Source: the human T2T-CHM13v2.0 reference genome, Homo sapiens. Taken from it: 64,000 nucleotides of DNA. Below the pieces are notes generated by a model, which saw nothing but the letters and a program-made list of their open reading frames with translations, had not been told where the DNA came from and ran no database searches. Position 1 is the stretch's first letter; each line of letters starts with the position of its first letter. The position numbers and the translations under genes were made by a program. The stretch lies in NCBI RefSeq assembly GCF_009914755.1, contig NC_060928.1. The stretch is one strand, 5' to 3'. Positions 26,065 to 41,551 of the stretch are shown piece after piece.

Positions 26065-26859
26065 GCTTAAGAAGACTACTGGGGACTTTTAGGAAACTCT
26101 TTGTTTTTTAACATGGGGGACCTCTAGCCAGGTTTCACAACATAGCTAACAGCTTCAAACAAAAATGCAAAACTATTCCTTTCTTTCATGTAACTACAGT
26201 CCTATGTCAGCCTATTTCATTCCATCTAATGTTCCTCCCTGCCTTTCCTTCTTACATTTACTTAACATTTTACAGACACAGCACACCATTTAAGCCCTGA
26301 GAATACAAAAGTAAATAAAATACAGTTCCTTCATCAAAGGAGTTCAAAATTTTGAGGAAGAAACAGACTTGTAAACAAATAAATACAGGAAAGCCCAAAT
26401 GCCCTGCCAAACTTACTACATTATCATTCCTCCATATCCCCTCCCTTTTGGTCCCCACCTAAAGTTCTGACTATTCAGAGGTTTTGAAGATTCAGCATTC
26501 CAGCATTCTGTCCATCCATCATCCATGATTTTATTTCTCAGCATATGGAATATGGAATTGGCATTGGCATTTATGCAAATTTCACATGTATAGTCACGGG
26601 TAGATTTTGACCCACCTGTACTCTGTACAGCTGTGCTCTACTCAGGCATGTGGGTATAAAAAAGAATCCAAGAAGTAGAATCCAAGAAGAAGGATAAAAA
26701 GATCAGATTTTAATTTTGCTTTATTAGAATTCTTCAGGGCACAGGCCTGGGCTCTTTTTTATTCCATATCTCTACCTTTTCCCGTATGATTTCATGGGTT
26801 TAAATAATGGATATTGAGGTTGACTTCCCAAATTGGTTGTACTCCAGGTACAAAATACA

Positions 26860-27752
<893 letters not shown>

Positions 27753-27759
27753 ATTACTT

Positions 27760-28775
27760 ATATGCATATAACCAAAATTTTTATCTCAGCCATAACTTCC
27801 GCCTTATAATCCAGATTTAGATATCTGTCTACTTGACATCTCCACCTGATTATATAATGTTCAGACAAAACTTACTTATCCAAAAAAGAGCTCCTGATTG
27901 CCCCTTTTCCTCCCAAATCTGCTTCTCTCCTGGGCTTCCCCACCTCTGTAAATGTTACCATATGCTCAAGCCAAGCCACAGGGGTTGTCCTCAACCTATC
28001 CTCTTCCTCTCAGCCATATCCAAGCTACCCACCACTTCTGTATAGCCTACCTACAAAAATAAAAAACCCAAATCTTCACACTCTTTTTCTCTCTACTCCT
28101 AACTTCTAGGCCAAACTACCACATTCTCTCACTTGGACTCATGCACTGGCCTCCAAACCAGCCTCCTGCTTCCCCTCTAGTCCCTCCTGTAATCTCCTCA
28201 GAGCAGCTAGAGTAATTATGTCAAACCGCAAATCAGATCATTCGCTTTCCTGCATAAAACCCCCCAAGCAACTCTCACCAAACCTAGAACAAGACTTAAA
28301 TCTTAGGTCTGGGCCTAAAAGGTCCTCGGTGCTCAGCACCCTGGCTGACTCTGCAGCTGCCTGCCTGGCCCTCTCCATGCTCGGCTGCATATCCCTCAGG
28401 CCAGGCTCATTCCCACCTCAGGGTGCCACACTTGTTTTCCTCTCCGCCAGGGACTCCCGTCCTTCCAAAACTTTATTTGGTTGGTTTCTCCCATTATTTG
28501 TGTCTCAAATTGAGCATCACTTCCTCACGGAGGCCTTCATGGGCCAACCCAGTCATTATCACATGGTCTAGTCTTAACTCCTTCACTTATTGATGTGGTC
28601 TTTGTTACTTTCTTACTTATCCAGCTAGCTGTGCTTACTAGACGACAAGCCCCAGGAGGGCAGGGTCATGCCAGCCTTGTTCACTGCTGTGTTACCACTT
28701 CCTAGAACACTGCTTACCACAGGGGAGGCGATAAGTAAATATTTGTTAACTTGGTTGAATGAATGGATGAATGGA
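27760..28775 (+). mobile_element. L2 (L2a-like) 3' kilobase
   Basis: ctacttgacatctccacctg...caaatcagatcatt...gggcagggtc...aaatatttgttaacttggttgaatgaatggatgaatgg. Confidence 0.85.
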
Positions 28776-28899
28776 TCTAAGGGTGGACAGATGGCTTATG
28801 GAGAAGTACTCTTTGGCTTTATTAACTGTTTAATTTTGCTGAAAAGACATTTACAAAAACCACCTTGGAAGCATATACACAATGAAGCTGACTCTCTGA

Positions 28900-29100
28900 G
28901 TTGGAAGACCCACTAGGATTCTACTAGTCAGGGGCCATGAACAAAACAAATAACCTTCCTGTGTCTATTTCTCATCTGTGAACTGAATTATTAATAGTAT
29001 CTACTTCACATAATTACTATGAGAACTAAATGAAATAATATTTCAAAGGGCCTTAGAGCAAGGTCTAGCACACAATGAACACTGTCTAGGTTTCACTATT
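28900..29100 (+). mobile_element. MIR
   Basis: tttctcatctgtgaact...aatagtatctacttcac...gagaactaaatga. Confidence 0.7.
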
Positions 29101-29285
29101 ATTTCATATTCTCTGATAATTATTCCAGAGCCCCTCTCCAGAGCAGGAGTGGGTAAATTATGGCCCAGGTGTCAAATCTGGTCCTCCACCTGTTTTTGTA
29201 AATAAAATTTTATTGGAATTCAGTCACACTCATTCATTTATAGATTTTTCGTGGCTATTTTTACTTGATAATAGCAAAGTTGATA

Positions 29286-29431
29286 GGCTGGGGGTGGTGG
29301 TGCATGCCTAGTCCCAGCTACTTGGGAGGCTGAGGTGGAAGAATCACTTGAGCCCTGGCCAACATAGTGAAACCTTATCTCAACAAAACAACAACAACAA
29401 CAAAAAAACAAACAAACAAACAAACAAAAAA
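29286..29431 (+). mobile_element. Alu monomer (FLAM/FAM-like) with internal deletion and (AAC)n/(AAAC)n tail
   Basis: gtcccagctacttgggaggctgagg...cacttgagccc joined directly to tggccaacatagtgaaacc. Confidence 0.8.
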
Positions 29432-29485
29432 AGCAGAGTGTTTCATTCATTGCAACAGAAAGGCAATAATAGTACTTTAAACTTA

Positions 29486-29950
<465 letters not shown>

Positions 29951-30299
29951 TTAGCATCTGGACCCTGGTTTGATCTCTTAGGCCTCAAGTTGTCTGATGT
30001 TATGTAAAAGCAAAAGGCAAAGCTGTCAGTGCCAAGGACAAGGTGAGCTGCTACATCTACACAAGATTGATCAGGAAGTCACCTGAACACAGAGGAACAC
30101 CGCTGATGGTTGTGTTAACTTTCCTAGCAATCCCTTTTTTAATTGACAGAATCTCAGTAATTACTTATGGTCCACTGGTGGAACAATCCATAGAAAAAGG
30201 ATTTACAAAGAATTTCTTAAGCTTAAAAACAAAATAGTTACACAGATATTAACTAATCAAAGCCCTCAACATCAGCATCTAAGCTATGTCTCCAATTTC

Positions 30300-30728
30300 T
30301 TCTGGTGCACACTGTAGGCTGGCTTACATAAAACGCAGCTTTATTTCAACTTTATTCTCCTTTGCCTGCCTCTGCTATAGAGATTGGAAAACAAACAACA
30401 CAATATAATTTTCCAGCATCTCTTTGAATAAGAGATATTTATATGTCACAACTCTGGACAAAAAGATGCAAAGAAAAGCTGTTGGCATCACCTTTCCAAT
30501 TTTTATCTTTTTGCCCTGAATAGACGCAGTATCTCAAGCTGCCACAACTATTGTGATCACAAGAGAACAGAGACATCAGTGAGAATCATTTTGAGTCTTT
30601 AATCTTAACCAACACAAGCAGTGCCTACCTCTGCCCTGGACTTGATGTGCAAAGAATAAACCACTCTTTATCTGCTGTTGGTGTTATCTCTTACTTACCT
30701 CTAACAAAAATCCTTCCTAAATGATGTA
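30300..30728 (+). mobile_element. Old MLT1-type LTR
   Basis: aattttccagcatctctttg...gtcacaactctggac...ttccta aatgatgta. Confidence 0.5.
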
Positions 30729-31170
30729 TTCCCCAAACAGCAAACTGGGGAACTAGGGAAAGGCAACATGTTTTAAGAGAAAGGGTGCAGGACTAGACAT
30801 GAAAAGATCTGGACTCAAATTCTGACCCTTTCATTTATCAACAAGAGGACTTAACGGCATTAACATCATTTGCCTCCTCTGTAATTCCAAGTGTTTACCT
30901 ACCTCTGAGGGTTATTTAAGGCTCAAGTTAGGAAACAAATGTGAACATGCTCACAGATAAACTACAAAGCTTATGTAGAACTATGAGTAAAGATATGCCA
31001 CCAAGAAAAAATGATTTCAATTTTTAATCACACATTTATAATACTCCATTGTGAGGAAATAGAGTTTATTTTATTTTCTCTTTTTTGGTAGTGTATTGGG
31101 TCTTCAACAGGCAAAGCTGGTCAGAGAAGCTAAACATCCCTATTAGCCAAAAGAAAAGAAATGGAAGTCT

Positions 31171-31479
<309 letters not shown>

Positions 31480-31879
31480 CTAAATAAGGGTTAATCATGC
31501 CCGCCCAGTACTTGAAACTTTGCCTGCTTTGAATTAGACTGCGGTCTGGATTCTGCCTAGTGCTGAATCTGCTTCTCCATTTTTAAGACATAAAATGTTA
31601 GTGTTTTAATGTATGAAAAAGTACATTAATAAATATAGCATTAATGTTGCAATAAAGAATTATGTAACATTTCCCCAATTCTCATAGAAAATATCTGCTT
31701 AAACGGAAAAAACAAAACAAAACAACATGTAGACTTCAGGCTGTGTTTAAAGAAAACACTATTTTCTCACACTGATTTTAGGGGGATATACGTACCCAAT
31801 CACCAGATGTCGAAAACAAAAATCTGTTCTTAACCCATCTTCTATGTGCTAATTCCTGTAATTTCTGATTTATATACTT

Positions 31880-32632
31880 TAGCTATACTAACTTTAACAT
31901 GCCAAATATTTTCATATTTGAATATCTAAGTACCTATATAGTAACAAACCAGCTTATGAAATAGAATAAGAACCTCTTTAAGTTTCCCTGTATACTCTTT
32001 CTCAACCCATCTCCCTCCCTCCTCATCAGAGCGAACTCCATCTTGAATTTTTGTTAATCATTCCTTTGCTTTTAAGGGGGCTTTTTACCACAAAGAGGGG
32101 TGTGTGTGTGTGTTTGTGTGTGTGTGTATGCGTCTGTCCCTAAATGAAATTGTTTAGCTTTGCTTTTGAGCTTTACTTACATAGAAGCTCATAGTATAAA
32201 TGCCTAAATTATGTTTTTGATAATCATCCATGTTGATACATGTAAGTATATTTCACTTACCTCTACTGCTATATAGTAGTTTGTTAATTATAAAATTTAT
32301 GTATTTATTCTTCTGTTGATTGACATTTGGGTTCTTTTCAAATTTTTGCTGCTATGAATTGTTGCCATGTTGCCATGAATATTCTTACACTTTTCTCCTG
32401 ATATTTAGGTACAAGTTTCTTTGTGTGTATACCTGAAAATGGAACTGTTATGTCATCATCTTCAATCTTACTTAGAAATGCCTAAATATTTTCCAAAGCA
32501 TTTATAGCAATTTATATCCTTCCCATCAACAGTATGTGAGTTCCCATTTCTTCACATCCTTGCCAAAAATTGGTATCCTCAGATCTGTTAGTTATTGCTG
32601 ATATTGTGGATGTGAAATGGTATCTTGTTGCT
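31880..32632 (-). mobile_element. Old L1 (L1ME/L1MC) 3' region containing a (TG)n
   Basis: gacatttgggttctttt...gctgctatgaat...cacatccttgccaa...gtgaaatggtatctt. Confidence 0.8.
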
Positions 32633-32820
32633 TTTCTGGAAGACACGAGAAACCCCCTGACCTCTGCAGGGACTGCTTCTTTGCCTCCTTGAGGTCTTCG
32701 CTTGTATCACTTTCTCAGTGAGATCTTTCCTAACAATCCAATTTAAAATTGCAGCCCCTAGATATTTCTAATCTCCTTTCTCACTTTACTTTTCCTACAG
32801 CTCTTATCACCTTTGGACAG

Positions 32821-33190
32821 TGTTATGGGATGAATTATGTCCCCCCAGCCCCCAAATTCACATACTGAAGTCCTAACCCTTCATCATTCAGAATGTGACT
32901 GTACTTACAGATAAGTTTTTTTAAAGGTAATTAGGTAAAAATGAGGCCTTAATTCAATTGACTGATGTCCTTATAAGAAGACATTTGGACATAGAGACAC
33001 ACAGAGGAAAATCATGTGAAGACACAGAAAGAAAATGACCATCTCACAAGCAGAAAGGCCTCAGAAGAAACCAACCCTGCCAATACCTTCACCTTAGACT
33101 TAGCCTCCAGAACCATGGGGAAATAAATTTCTGTTGTTTAAGCTACCAATTCTCTAGTACTTTATCATGGAGGCCCTAAAAACAAATACA
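32821..33190 (+). mobile_element. MLT1B-like solo LTR
   Basis: tgttatgggatgaattatgtcccc...cctcagaagaaaccaaccctgcc...aaataca; near-TSD gacag/gacat. Confidence 0.9.
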
Positions 33191-36100
33191 GACATGTCGT
33201 GTTTTTAATTATTTGTTTATTAGTTAGAAAAATACAAACATAAACCACAGTTGATTCATTCCTGCCCCAGTGGAGAATACAGAGCAACAATATTGGGCAT
33301 CTTCATCTTACTGTTGATAGTAAAATGAATACCCTCAACTTTTTAGTTATATATATTTAATATCTGATCATTTCAGTGCTGTAGTTTTTACAGATTTGCT
33401 TCTACAGTTCTTCGTTACTGTTATTTCTCATAGTGGCTTATTTTCTCAGTCTATAAGGACTTTTTAAATTATGAATGAGTTCATCTTACTTGGAACATCA
33501 TCTGTGGGAATGTTTGAGGTCCTGTTTAAAGTGCATACCTTCATGGAGAATTCATTTTGCTTCCACTTGCCACCCGGAGGCCATACCAGCCAGGGCCATC
33601 TTACACTAAATACACAGTTTGGAGAGTTTTGGCACCTCCAGCATAGTGTGTATTCAAGTCCCAATCCTATGTGAATGGTGGTTTGTGCTAAGGAATTATC
33701 AGAGGAGGCAATTTTTATTTTTTTGTTCCAAACTCGAGCCGAAACTAAAGTAGGTGCATATTCACATCATCTCTGGGGCAGAAAATTTTCTGCCACATCC
33801 ACTAAGCATATTGCCTTTTGGGGGTTGTGGGTTTACATTCAAACCCTGATCTGGCCTTCCAACCTGCTTGGGCCCCTAGGCTGTTTCCCACTTCCATGTA
33901 TATGTGGCCTATTAAAACCCAAGCTTTGGACCACCTGTGATCAGCAGATACTTCAGATCAAGGCCAGCTTTGAAACTTGGCTTAATTGTATGCAGTCAAA
34001 CTTCTGTATCACACCTTAATCCGAAGAATTCCATTATTCTGCCTCCCACTCAATTACATATATAATATAAATGCATATAAGTTTTAATATCTTATTTCAG
34101 TATTTTAAAATGTGTTTCAGGAAAGTTTTTTTCTGATAATCTAATCTACCCTATCACCAGAATTTTTTTATGGCCATTAAATGTTTAGTTTTCAAAATAT
34201 TTTATATATATCTTGAAACAGAAAAGAGAAATGTGCTCTAGGTCACCCTTCAGCTCCATGAGAAACCAGTCCTCACACTTTGCTGAGCCACTCTTGTGTA
34301 ACATGCATGCCCTTGGGAAGTTTGCTGGGGCCCATGGGCATTACAACCAATCTTAACAGAGATGGAAAAAAAAAAAGTCCATAATGTCTACTGGAGTGTT
34401 AAGGGCACAGAAAAAACAAGAGCTCTACACTAAAACCCTATGATGAGACAACTTAGGCCAAGAGAGCCAAATAAAGCCCCTCTTAGATCCTAAGAAAACT
34501 ATTTCTATGTGTAGAAAAGAATAGAAAAAGGTCATAGATTGAAGTGGTTTGAGGTAGTTTTTGAAGAGACCAAATACTTTTTTTCCACAGTTCATGAGGA
34601 GTTGTAAAATTATAGAACTGTTTGGATTTAAAACGATATACAGACTTTCTCCGACAGTAAGAAGAACTACACAAAGATGTATAGACGCATCAAGTGGTAA
34701 CAATTTAATTCAAAATGATACCACTCACATTAATTATGGGAAAGAACTGATTAGAAATTTTACCAATTGATCTGCAAATGCTGCCTAGCTGAAATGTTCC
34801 TTGTTACAGTGTCCACAATTATGTTTTGCTGCTTTAGAAAAGCGGTTGCAGCCAATGCACTTGCAAACATCTTCACATGGACTAATATACATGTAATCAG
34901 ATTATGTGACTTCATTTCTTTTGTCAAATTTTAAAATACGTCTCTCAAGCACCCACCACCCACTCTAGAAGTTTACTAAAAATTCATATTCCAAATGCCT
35001 TGCATCAAGAAGTCAAAAACTCTGCTCAGCCCACTCAGCCCACTAGTCATTTTCATTCCTCAGTTGATGTTGCTCTAGTGGTAGCCACACAACATGGCTA
35101 TTCAGAATGCTCCCAGCCCACAGGGCCCTTCCCCATTGTTTGAGGGCTATGCCAGCTAGCTCAGATCCTTGCACAGGCCAAGCCGGTTTTCCCAAGGAAT
35201 GAGATTCTGCTCCATTCAGCTTGACCCCTTGAAGCCCAGGTTCCTTGTTCTTTAGCTATAGTAACACAACCAGCCATTGTTCCTAAAACAAAGTCAGGGT
35301 AGTAGATAGATTAAACCCGTTAATATCAGCTCTCCACCCAGACCTATAAGTCCAGCTGTTGAACCCATTTTGCCAACTGAGACTTCTCTTTTCCTCATGA
35401 GTTTCCCTTAGGCTGGGAAAAGAAAGTGGCATCCTAGAGCCATCTTAATCCACCTGAGCTTCTGAGAACAGTGAGCCTCAAAAGTATAAGGTCAAAGCTT
35501 AACATCTCCTTGGCCTTTGTCAAGCCACCCAAAGAAAGGTCGTAATTCCTTCCCTCCAGGATAATTATCCTGGAACAAAGCTATTTCTTGGTGGCTTTTC
35601 TCTATCTCATCAGAGAAATGACTTAGTTAAATATCATTGCTTCAAGAAAAGAAATTTCAAATCCTCATCTAACCAGGCACTGTGCTACATATTCATTTGA
35701 ATCCTAACTGCAAACTCATGAATTTTTGCAAATAGCATCACCCTTTTGTTTCCCTCTAAATAGTTAAACAAGGAGGCTATTGAGGCTAAGAAATTTCTAT
35801 GTTCGTTTAACAGATTCCTTAAAATATTTTTTCTACTTGCTTTGAACAAAAATTGGCATAGTTTTTTTTTTAAATATGGACAATGCTCAATGGTGCAGTG
35901 CCTACCAGAATGAAAGTAACTTATTCATATTTAGCTGGGAAGAAAATCTATATATTATCAGAAGTGTGTTAATTGAGGCAAAAGAAAAAAATAGCAGATG
36001 TGGACTATTTTCTATCAAATTGTGCAGACTAATTATCCTCTACATTTGAAGAAGTGCAAAGGTCAAAAGGCTAATATGTAGATTCATCAGAAAATTATGT

Positions 36101-36344
36101 AAATTAGCACAAATCAAGCACACCACATAACCCCCATAATCAGTAAAATATGTAGTTCACTAGCAAATTGGGTGAAACTTCTAACTATCCGATCAGTAAA
36201 GAAGGAGGATGAAAACCCTAAACATGGACAACTGTTATATCTCAGGTAACGATGATTTTAACACACTAGTAAGAAAATATAGCATTGGAAAAAGGACATA
36301 CACTCAAGAAATAAATGTAGATGACTTGGGAGGAAATCGCTAGA

Positions 36345-36460
36345 GTGTGAGCATCATGAGGGCAGGGAGCTTTTTGTTTACTGATGTATTCCTATCACCT
36401 AAAATAATGTCTGCTACATAATAGATCCTGAATAAATATTTTTGAATGAATACTGAATGA
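36345..36460 (+). mobile_element. L2 3' tail
   Basis: catgagggcaggga...aataaatatttttgaatgaat. Confidence 0.7.
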
Positions 36461-36530
36461 ATTATAAGAACAAAAATGTCATGAGAAAAACAAGACAATG
36501 CAAGTTTCAAAATAAGAAAGTACAGCTACA

Positions 36531-36829
36531 TGCCGGAAGCAGTGGCTCACGTCTGTAATCCCAGCACTTTGGGAGGCCAAGGCGGGTGAATCACGAGGTC
36601 AGGAGATCGAGATCATCCTGGCCAACATGGTGAAACCCCGGCTGTACTAAAAAAATACAAAAATTAGCTGGACGTGGTGGTGTATGCCTGTTATCCTAGC
36701 TACTCAGGAGGCTGAGGCAGGAGAATCACTTGAACCGGGGAGTCAGAGGTTGCAGTGAGCCAGGACCGCACCACTGCACTCCAGCCTGGTGACAGAGACT
36801 CCGTCTCAAAAAAAAAAAAAAAAAAAAAA
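36531..36829 (+). mobile_element. AluSc-like
   Basis: tcacgaggtcaggagatcgag...ccagcctggtgacagag; TSD ending tacagctaca on both sides. Confidence 0.95.
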
Positions 36830-38133
36830 GAAGAAAAGAAAATACAGCTACATATCACAATTCATGTATTTCTTCCTAAAGTTACTTTATATGCACTATG
36901 CTAACAATCTTCCATTCTTTACCAAAAATAAATGGAAGAAACATTGAAATAATAGTAGCTTTATTAAAAATCAATAATAATTATTTGTGCTTACAAAACT
37001 AGCTATACTGAAGGAATTCTTTTTTAACTCTAGTAATGTTAAACACCTCTCATAAATATTTGGAGACATATCTTATGTCAATATCTACTCCAGAGATAAG
37101 AAGGAGACACAAAGAGATGGAGGAATTTTTTTTCAACAGTCATTGTGAATTGAAACTCAAATACAATTGATTACACAGGGTAAGACTCTATCTATTTCAA
37201 GTCATAGTTTATTATTACCAAATATTTTTCTTATCATATTTCACATTAACACCATTGTAAAAGTACTCTTTTGTATCTCCACATAATAAAACACCATCAT
37301 TGTTCTTCATTCCTCTAATCTTACCATTACTTTAAAAATGTTTCCCTTATATGTTCCCAGGTGGGAACATGATATAAATAAGAAGTAACTTTTTTAATAG
37401 GTAATATATGGATATTACCATATTCCAGAAAAAAACCAAAGGAAGCTTATAAAATTGTACACTAGGACAAAAATAGAATGCTATTAAAAAAATTAGTAGG
37501 TGAGAAAATGAAGGCAGGGGGAGAATGAGGTGTAGAAGATGAAAGCAAAGATTAAGTTATTACACAAAATGCAAAATATGAGGTTTGTGAATTCAGTAGT
37601 TAGTTATGTTTCCAACCTTCCTAGCAACCAAGACAAATAGGGCAACAAAATCAAGTGATTCTGAGAGATAAACCAGTTAAACTGGTCAAGAAAACACAGC
37701 TATTTTTGGTACTAGAACAAAGAGAAATGTCTTTTATTTATCTTCATAGTAAGAATAGCGGATAATGCTATAAATACCCTCAACATCTTTCCAAATACAC
37801 TATGAGTGTCATATAGTCTTTTTTAGACATCCTTCAATATGAGGGCTGTTTCCCAAAGAGCAATTCAATAAAGCAATGGGAGATAGAGAATGAGAGCAGC
37901 AAATGATGAGGTGCAGACACTGTTGGTACCCAGTCTGGCTTAATCCAGAAATTGATTTTAGCATGTTTAGAAGAGTTTGGAGAGGCCACAAATCCTTCAG
38001 ACAGTTTCTTCAAATGCTGTTCTATGAGCTTTTGATAAGAACTAAGGGAAACATTCAAAATTCTATTTCCTGACCTGGACCAAGAATATAACTACTTGAT
38101 GCTACCAGATCCAGATAACTACAGAATCTTATA

Positions 38134-38308
38134 CAGGACCAGCTACACAATGCATGGGATCTCGTGAAAAATGAAACTATGGGACTCCTTGTTCACAATC
38201 ATTAAGAATTTCAAAATGGCTACAGAAGAATATTTAACCCAGAGAGGTCTCTCTGAGAGTGGGGGTGTGCATGATTGCATAGATCACACATCTGTGAAGC
38301 TAGTGCTG
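38134..38308. mobile_element. MER91-like hAT-Tip100 MITE
   Basis: Terminal caggaccagct ... agctagtgctg; internal gaaaaatgaaactatggg...ccttgttca. Confidence 0.65.
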
Positions 38309-39074
38309 ACCATATGCTTTAACAGCCAGTCATATTTTTCTGAGACAGGCTCTTGGATGATCTGGAAAAAATATTCTCCTTTAGATAGAGCTTCCCTCCT
38401 CCCTTGGGGAAGTCCAAGATTCTCCCATTCTAACACACAGATTAATCAACAATCTCAATGACACAAACATGAAAACATGGCCCAAATATTTTAAGCCTGG
38501 ACAGTTATAAAAATAGATACTATCAAATGACTACTTGGTCATTTAAAATAAATAAATAAATATATATATATATATATATCAGTAAAACACCTGCAAAATA
38601 TTTACCCTTGATTAATAAACTTCTGTGCATATGCTCTAAAATGAACTGCTTGCTAAGTTTATCCTGAGTAACCAGATAAGTTACATTTCTGAATGGGGTT
38701 AATTATAATTCAGTTAATACTAGATGTCTAGTCTATCATGATTATCCTATTTTTGAGGTCCTTCCTTCTGGCAGCTAATAGGTAGCAGGGCTCATTGACT
38801 ATTGGGCCCTCCTTAGATTATTACTAGAGCCAAGATATTTGTGGGTAAAAGGTCATAGGATATTTTATTCTCTTTAAGGATAGAGGGAATGTACCCAGCA
38901 CACTCAAAACAAGCATCAATTCATTAAGGCAGAGGTTCAAAAGAAGAGTTGTACTACATCTCTGGTTTACCCATGTGGAAATTATACCTCTCATTTTCTT
39001 TCTTTTCCTGCTTTCCTAACAAATATATTCCATCCAAAGGAGGAGCCCTGCTAACCCACGACCCAGTCGGTGTT

Positions 39075-39545
39075 TGTTAGGATGTGTTATATACTTTAGG
39101 ATACAGGATACATTATACATGTCTTAAATTGGCTTAAATAATAAATTTTCTAAATTTTTCTAATTACAAGGAATCCAGAAGTGGGGCAGACTGGGTTGAT
39201 TCAGTGGCTCAAAGACGCCATTCAAGACTCAAGATTTTTCTCTCTCTCTGTTCTGCCCTTCTTGTGTTGCTTTCATCCTCAGGCTGCAGCACTATTCACA
39301 ATAGCCAATAGGTGCCATAATTCCAGACAATACAAGTAGATATAGCAGTATCCAAGAGGACATCGTGTCTGAGTCCGAGGACTGAGGAACTATTTCTAGA
39401 AGTTCTCCAGAAAATCCCCCCTCAGGTCTCATTGGCCAGAATTGGGTCACATGTCCATTCCCAAACCAACTACAGGCAAAGGGAATGGAATTACCATGGT
39501 ACCTGGGGTGAGCTAGATGCTGGGCAGTCAATTGCAGTGATTCCT
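39075..39545 (-). mobile_element. MLT1J-like LTR
   Basis: ggcttaaataata...gggttgattcagtggctc...ctcattggccagaattgggtcacatgtccattcccaaaccaa. Confidence 0.8.
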
Positions 39546-39977
39546 ACTTGGGCTCCCATCCACTACTAAATGAACCAAATTTGGGTAAAAACTTCAGAGG
39601 AACCAATCCACAGGCACGTTTGAGTCAATGATATTCTTGTTCTCTAAAATCTGAACTAAGGGACTTAGAACCTGAGGGAGTTTGGAGCTAGCTCGTATTA
39701 ATAGCAGAATACTAGATTAAAATTCCTTGAACTTGAGCTGCTGAGATCCTCAGAGTCACCCTGAGTCTCACCTTTCCTAGAGTATGATTGCTCAGTTTTC
39801 TTTGATTTCAGTAAGACTTCTTATAATAAACTCTCTTTTCTTAAGCTGATAAGTAGTTGTCTATTCTTTGCAAGTAAAATACTGTGCTTAAGATAGCCTC
39901 ACTAGAAATTAGGATCCAACTGTCTAAAACTACATTATGGCTATTTTATGGCACAGGTTCTGTTTAAGCTTCAGAGT

Positions 39978-40069
39978 TAGGGTGACTAAATATCCTAATC
40001 TGTCCAAGACTAAGCGGTTTCCTGGGACCCAGGACTTTCAGTGCTAAAACCGAGATAATTGGTCACCCC
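39978..40069. mobile_element. MER81 (hAT-Blackjack MITE)
   Basis: TIRs tagggtgac...ggtcaccc; ggactttcagtgctaaaacc. Confidence 0.85.
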
Positions 40070-41119
40070 GACTTTAATAATCAGGATCAACAGCAAATAC
40101 TAAAGTCCCTCCCATACGTAGTACCTGTTCTTAGACTCAAAGTTTAAGAGATCAACAAAAATGATATAACTTCCTTAACTATCGTATATTCCTACTTCTA
40201 GACTTTACTGAGTTTAAAAGCACAGCATAAGGCAGCTACATTCAGTCCAGGGCCCAACATGGCATAAAACTCAGAGTGGTAGTTCAACAGACATTGAGAA
40301 AATAAATCCAAATGAGTACGATTATCCCTAACACAAAAGAACAGCTTTCCTAAATAAAATATACTATTATGTTCAAGTAAAGAAACATTCTCTGAGGTGA
40401 AAAGAAACAACCCTAAAGAGGCTCCTGACTTGAAAGCAGGAAGAATCATCCTTAGTGGGGCTCTGGCCCTTCCAAAGCAGTGTTGGCTTATAAATAAAAT
40501 AATCGTGATTAATAATACATTGCATTTCCTCATGAAATAGGATAAAAGGCCTCTTGTTGTCTTTTAAAAAAAACCACGAGAAGGAAAATAGGACAACATT
40601 AACCACTGATAGTAAGTTGCCCTGAGAAACATCCCGAAAGTATGGTACAAAATGACAAGAAAATGGGATTCAATAACCAGAGGTTCTTAAGCTATATTTT
40701 CTCCCTGTCTTTAAGAGCATAGTCAGGGATGTGACAAAATAAAATTCATTCCCTTTCCTCACAGATATGAAAAGATATCTTATTTGTAGCTATTATAGAA
40801 AAGGCACCAAGATAACGAACAGAAAAACCAATTTCTCCTGAGGCTATGGGCAAGCTAGTGGAATCCCAACAGATTCAGCAATAATGTCAATAACAACAAC
40901 AAAAAGCCCAGGTCTTTCTCCTAGGCTGTCATTTTTCCATCAAAATTAACAGCATGGTTATCAAATTTTAAACTTTTTAAATGGAAGCAACTCTGATCTC
41001 ATTAGGTCTGTACTTCCTCTCAAGAGTCCATATCCCCTAGTAGGACATAAGCTCACTGATGATACTTTGATTCCTTTTTATGGAAACCTCGTCCGCCTGA
41101 AATCCAGCCCATCTGTGGC

Positions 41120-41551
41120 TTTTTTGAGGAACCTTCTCACAATGGCTGTACTAGTTTACATTCCCACCAACCGTGTGTAAGAGCTGCCTCGTCTCCCCAT
41201 CCTTGCCAGAACTTGTTAATTTTTGTTTTTTTGATAATAGCCATCCTCAGCTGGAGTCAGATAATAACTCACTGTGGTTTTCATTTGCATTTCCCTGATG
41301 ATTAGTGGATATTGATAATTTTTTTCATACATTTGTTGGCCATTTGTATGTCTTCTTTTGAGAAGTGTCTGTTCAGATCATTTTCCCATTTTTTAATCAA
41401 GCTGTTTGGGTTTTTGCTGTTGAGATGTTTGAGTTCCTAGTATATCCTGGATATTAATCCCCTGTTGGATGAATAGTTTACAAATATTTTCTCCCATTCC
41501 ATAGGTTGCCTTTTCACTCCATTGATTATTTACTTTGCTGTACAGAAGCTT
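41120..41551 (-). mobile_element. L1MA, inverted 5' segment
   Basis: tttttgaggaacc...tttacattcccaccaac...gtacagaagcttt is antisense L1 ORF2 3' region. Confidence 0.88.

Noticed and set aside
33460-34160. Possible processed pseudogene or old L1 fragment
   Set aside because: I could not recognise any protein or repeat motif with confidence
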